Shown piece by piece: positions 59,599 through 64,000 of a stretch of DNA of 64,000 nucleotides (the stretch's first letter is position 1; the number at the start of each line of letters is the position of its first letter). Made by a program: the position numbers and the translations under genes. The notes beneath the pieces were generated by a model, which was given only the letters and a program-made list of their open reading frames with translations, was not told the origin of the DNA and did no database searches. This DNA is from Harriotta raleighana (Eukaryota): the NCBI GenBank assembly GCA_050575255.1, contig JBNZDD010013635.1, positions 1,070,910 through 1,134,909 on the forward strand, given 5' to 3'.

Positions 59599-61539
59599 TA
59601 ATTCAGAGATGCAAATGCTGCCAACTGAGCCAGGCTGACACCTTTATAAAACAATGCAGTGATTGTGATCTATTTGGATGGGGTATTAAAGCTGTTAACA
59701 CCTGTTTTAAAGACATTCTGATTGTACACACTTACTGGGAGATGAACTAGATCAATGTAGAAGCAAGATAAAGACATGAAACTAAGCAAGATAAACCTCA
59801 AATGTATCATTACAGATGGAACGCTACATTCTAAAGAACTACAGACAAAGTCAGTAGTTATCACTTTATAAACGCTGTCACAATAACTCTATTTACAGAG
59901 TTGTTTTACAGCAAAATGTTTGAATCCGGCTAGTGCATTGATTTTTTTAAGTGAGAGGAGAGTTTTGAATTACGTGGGGGTAGTTTTTAAAATGTTCTGA
60001 CAATACAAGGGCTTTGCATTTAATGTGGTGTCAACAAACAATTGGAACCAGTCACAGAACTAATCTACAGAATCTGTTTGTCACAGACTTTAGTCATTAA
60101 GTTTTCTGGCTTCATGCACACAGCAGATGTCAGAGATATTGGAATTAGTCCATATGCTCAGCAATGTTCTGCATGTAATGGAGCTGAACCAGTATTCCTA
60201 GCCTCCTATAAATGGGCTATGTTTTCATTCCCCACAATCTAAAATATTCCTTCTGGATCCTCGCTGAAGTTGTCATCCGTCTTGTGCAGGTCTTCAATGT
60301 GAATTGCAGCAGTTATAGGTAGTGCTTTCGAGTCAGATCATGGCTTTACCCTATGATCATACTTACACTGATGCAAACCAGATACACCACACTGGTATTA
60401 TTCTAAAGCAATACACCATTGATGCTGAAAATGAGGAGACTTGATTTGGCACAGGGGAGTAACCAACCTAAGACAGCCAAATAAAACTTGTGTATATGTG
60501 TGTGTGAGAGAGAGAACGAGAAAGATAAATGTATCTTTATACTGCAGTGAGTTGACGAGAAAGAAATAACAAGATGGGGCATACTATTTCTTCCCCAAAC
60601 TGAAAAAAAGTGTTCACTTCAACTTCCATTTGAATATCTGTCCAATCAAGACCAAACATTTGTATTTTTAATTGTTCCCCTTCATAACAATGACATTCAT
60701 ACTTCATTTTTATCTCAATACTAATCATGTACGTATGAGTTCCTGTTTATATTCCACAGGACGGGCAGCTCCATTAACCCCCAAGATTAGGGACTGAGTA
60801 TTCGTGGTCTTTCATTGGGACAATTGAGTTTCAAAATTCAGAATTTTCCACATTCCATGTGTGCGGCAATGCTGTGGCATCAATCAGCCAGTGATAAGAT
60901 GCACAATGCAATCTAGCTCCTGTGCAAAATGACTTAGGAAAGAAACTAATGGGACATCAATAGGTTGATTACTTGCAGAAATAGCTCAGAGGTATTGAGA
61001 CAGGTGAAGTCAATGAAAATCGAGCCTGCGTGATTTTCTCGAAAGGGGCTTTTGTAAAAATTGTGACCAGGGCTGCTGATTCTCCAATACACATCTCTGC
61101 AGAAAATCAATAGTTGGATAGCTTATAAGAGGAACACCTTAAAATGGAACACCAAAAATAGTCAACTCGCAAATCATGATTACTCTCCCCTTTGTGTAAT
61201 AAAAAGCCCCTGTGCTATTCTAAAAGATGGGAACCCATTGGCAAAAATCCAGCTCCTTGCTCTCATTCAGTTTACACTGGTGGATGCTATTTCAGACTTT
61301 ATGTCTATCTTTCGCTACAGTAAATTAGTGTATTCCAAGCTCCAGATTGTTTTTGTTATATAATGTATTTACTTTAGCGGTTGGTTTTGTGCCATGTACC
61401 TTTCCACAGTGGTAGACTTAAAAACTTTAAGGAGAATGCAAGCTGACACCTGCATCCCAGGAGCCTTTTGATCTCTTCCTGCATGAATATTCAAGCTGTC
61501 TGATACGCTGACACAGGCAGCATCTTTATCCATGATGCA

Positions 61540-61690
61540 GGCATAATGAGCACATGTTTGTGTAAGAAACACAGAGAGTAGCGTTGGAGAGATACCATTC
61601 ACAGCCTGGAATGTGAGGATGGTCGGCATAAGTTTCAGTCGGGACTCTGAGACCAGATGGCACACCAGAGCTTGATTGAGCAAAGAAAAG
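61540..61690 (-). mobile_element. Ancient L2 ORF2 C-terminal remnant
   Basis: Peptide SRLKLMPTILTFQAVNGISPTLLSVFL resembles the L2 RIxFKILLLTFKAxxGLAPxYLS motif. Confidence 0.45.
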
Positions 61691-62068
61691 AAATGACATT
61701 GAATCTCGGCTTCTTTTCAAACTGTAGTTACAGTCCCCACTCACGTTCGTGTTGATGGAAAGGATTGAAACGACCGGCTGAGTGGGGTGGAGAGGGTGCC
61801 TACAAAATGAATTTCTGTCATGCTCAAGTCTATTGCGCTAAGGCGAAACAATGGGAGTGAAACCAGGGGAGTCACATTAAGAGTCACAAACAGTTAATCC
61901 CAGGCAAAAGATGACTCCTACTGATAATTGGATGATCCCCCATTGATCCTGTAAACCAGGTTGCAAGAGTAGATTGATTGGAGAGGTAGGTACACTGCAG
62001 GTTAGTATGACACACTTACGATTAATGATTTGTAACTCTTGTTACAAATATTCCAATGACCCAACAGT

Positions 62069-62365
62069 CAACAACAACAACAACAAAATTACATTTATAG
62101 AGCGCCTTTCACGTCGAGAGGACATTCCAACAATCGGGTCGGGACCCAAGCAGTGGGGGGAGGGTCAGAGTAGAGGGAAGGGGAAGGAGAGGAGGAGAGG
62201 GGGAAGAGTTAGGAGGGGAGCCGAAGGCACGATCGAAGAGGAAACTCTTGAGACTGGACTTGAAGGAAGAAAGGGAGGAAGCGGGTGGGGGCAGAGAGGC
62301 TGAAAGCCCGGCCATCAATGGTTGGATGGTTAGGGCGGGGACGCAGAGCAGGCCAGAGTCTGCCA
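62069..62365 (-). mobile_element. L2 LINE 3' end
   Basis: (caa)n-aattacatttatagagcgcctttcacgtc tail; minus-strand peptide DSGLLCVP...SSFKSSLKSFLFDRAF. Confidence 0.87.
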
Positions 62366-64000
62366 GGCCTGTCAGCATCCAAAGGCTCAATTATCCCATT
62401 GGATGTTTCCTAAGCATTATTGAAAGGGCAGAATATCTTGTCGGAAAATAGTATTTATTCAATTCTGGAGTGGTATGAGGTCCTTTCCTGTGTTAGCATA
62501 TTCCTTACCTTGTGATACGTACATTTCAATCTGCCTTTTGTTTCTTCCATTTCTTTCTGGACAATGACAATGTCATTTGCTATTACAAATTTACCCACTT
62601 CACTGCAACAAACAAAATTTGGGTTTGACTTCCCTGCTTCAAATGTGTGTTGGGGGGGGTGGAAGCAGATTGAGTTAAAGTTATCGTTATTCCACACACC
62701 TTCACCCCTGCCTGTACTCACTGCATGTCCTTGCCTCATGACAAATATGAACAATAAGTCAAGATGTGAAATATATCATGACAACCAGAAATAAATCATA
62801 TCGACCAAGAGTGCCATCATTAAGAAAAATGAAGGAAATGAAATGAGTATTACACAAAGCCTTAGAATGGGCTTCGTGCCATTTTATAAGAGCAATGTCT
62901 TCAGGAGTGAATGAGTCACCTAGCTGGCCGTTTCATTCTAATTTCCTTCAATGTTCAATGCAACACAGAGGACCTGTAATGCATTGAAAATTAATAACAA
63001 AACACAGAGCGGTGGGTCGCTCCAGTAGAAATGAGGTCAGCCGAGTTTAGTTCTTGGAATTAGTCGGGGATAGATCAATTTTTTGCATAAGGAATGGTAG
63101 GACATATTTTATGGTGCATTATTAATTTATTCAAATTAATTTGAACATCTTATTTACAATACTGCCTTCCTGACAAAAGAAAATCAGCACTGAATGCCAG
63201 GGGCTCATTTATCAAGAAGCGATTTGGCAGCAAAATGGAGTTTGTGTCATATTCTCAAACTGTTTATGAATCCAATTCCAAGGCAGTTTTGTTTATAGAA
63301 AAAAAATTGCCTTCATTAATATTCTCATGCTGTGGATCAATTTGTACCATTTATTGCTTTAATACCTTATACACTTCTTGATGGTTCCTTTAAGACTCCG
63401 TTTGTAAAATCTACCGAGCATTGTGAAATCAAGCTGCACAGAACAGGAATATTTCAGGATGAATCCCTGGCCTAAGATGTATTAGTTGATCTCAGCCCAG
63501 ACTTGCACTCAATACAGAATGCTTCCCTCTGTGATATTGAGCTGCTGATTTAGAGTAAATTCAAGTAAATCGAAAGGAAGTGCCAAAGGAGCTGTAATTA
63601 AAGAGAAAAAAAAGTCAATGGAGAATTCTGCAAAGGGGGAAAACAACAAAGGTCCACAATGTTCTCTGAATTGTATGATTCCCTTGTAGCCCCACATATC
63701 ATCCATTGTTCAATATACTTTCCTTGTTACCAAATCAGACTGACTCCTGCCAGATCCAGGCAAACAATTGATCGTTGGTGACGGGGATAGATTGCTTTCA
63801 TGAAACCAACTGCCATGGTAATCAGGAATATGCAAATACATTTCATATTACACTAAGTGCTCACAAGTGACCCGCCAGAACAAACATTTTAATTTTATTA
63901 CAACAAATTCTAATAAGTGTAATGGAAATCCCAATTAACCTTTCCAACTGAACTGAGATATTCTCTTCTCTTCAGATCTGCGAAAAATGAAATTGACTTG

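Larger units (their letters stand above)
57392..59640 (-). mobile_element. Deu-domain SINE split into 57392-57536 and 59599-59640 by later insertions
   Basis: ctgaacaggcaggcagaatctcggttaatgtctcatccgaagga...tttgaaccaacaaccttc continues as attcagagatgcaaatgctgccaactgagccaggctgac, matching the unsplit copy at 1495-1679. Confidence 0.7.

Noticed and set aside
33131-64000. A second protein-coding gene downstream
   Set aside because: The short ORFs show no recognisable domains or coherent exon chains, and many overlap SINE or L2 copies. A small isolated exon could still have been missed.

Overview
AT-rich vertebrate genomic DNA. The repeat content (CR1, L2 with (TTG)n tails, Deu-type and tRNA-derived SINEs, a Penelope-like element) points to a cartilaginous fish; this is an inference. 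The only protein-coding gene I can support is the 3' half of an EphA receptor tyrosine kinase on the + strand. It has nine GT-AG exons (9574-29489) encoding the juxtamembrane segment, full kinase, SAM domain and a C-terminal PDZ-binding motif (...HGTHIQV*). From recalled sequences it best matches the zebrafish ek1/ZEK1-type EphA paralogue, which has no clear mammalian orthologue. The extracellular and transmembrane exons are apparently upstream of the window. A ~3.6 kb repeat-poor 3' UTR probably ends near AATAAA 33100. The remaining ~31 kb is gene-free, with SINE/LINE/MITE fragments, a three-level nested insertion (Deu-SINE > tRNA-SINE > Penelope-like element), candidate conserved enhancers and two assembly-artefact duplications. 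I found no convincing evidence of a wholly new biological system. The best leads are the ek1-type receptor with a D>H change in its juxtamembrane phosphotyrosine motif, possible truncated isoforms, and the nested and young transposons.
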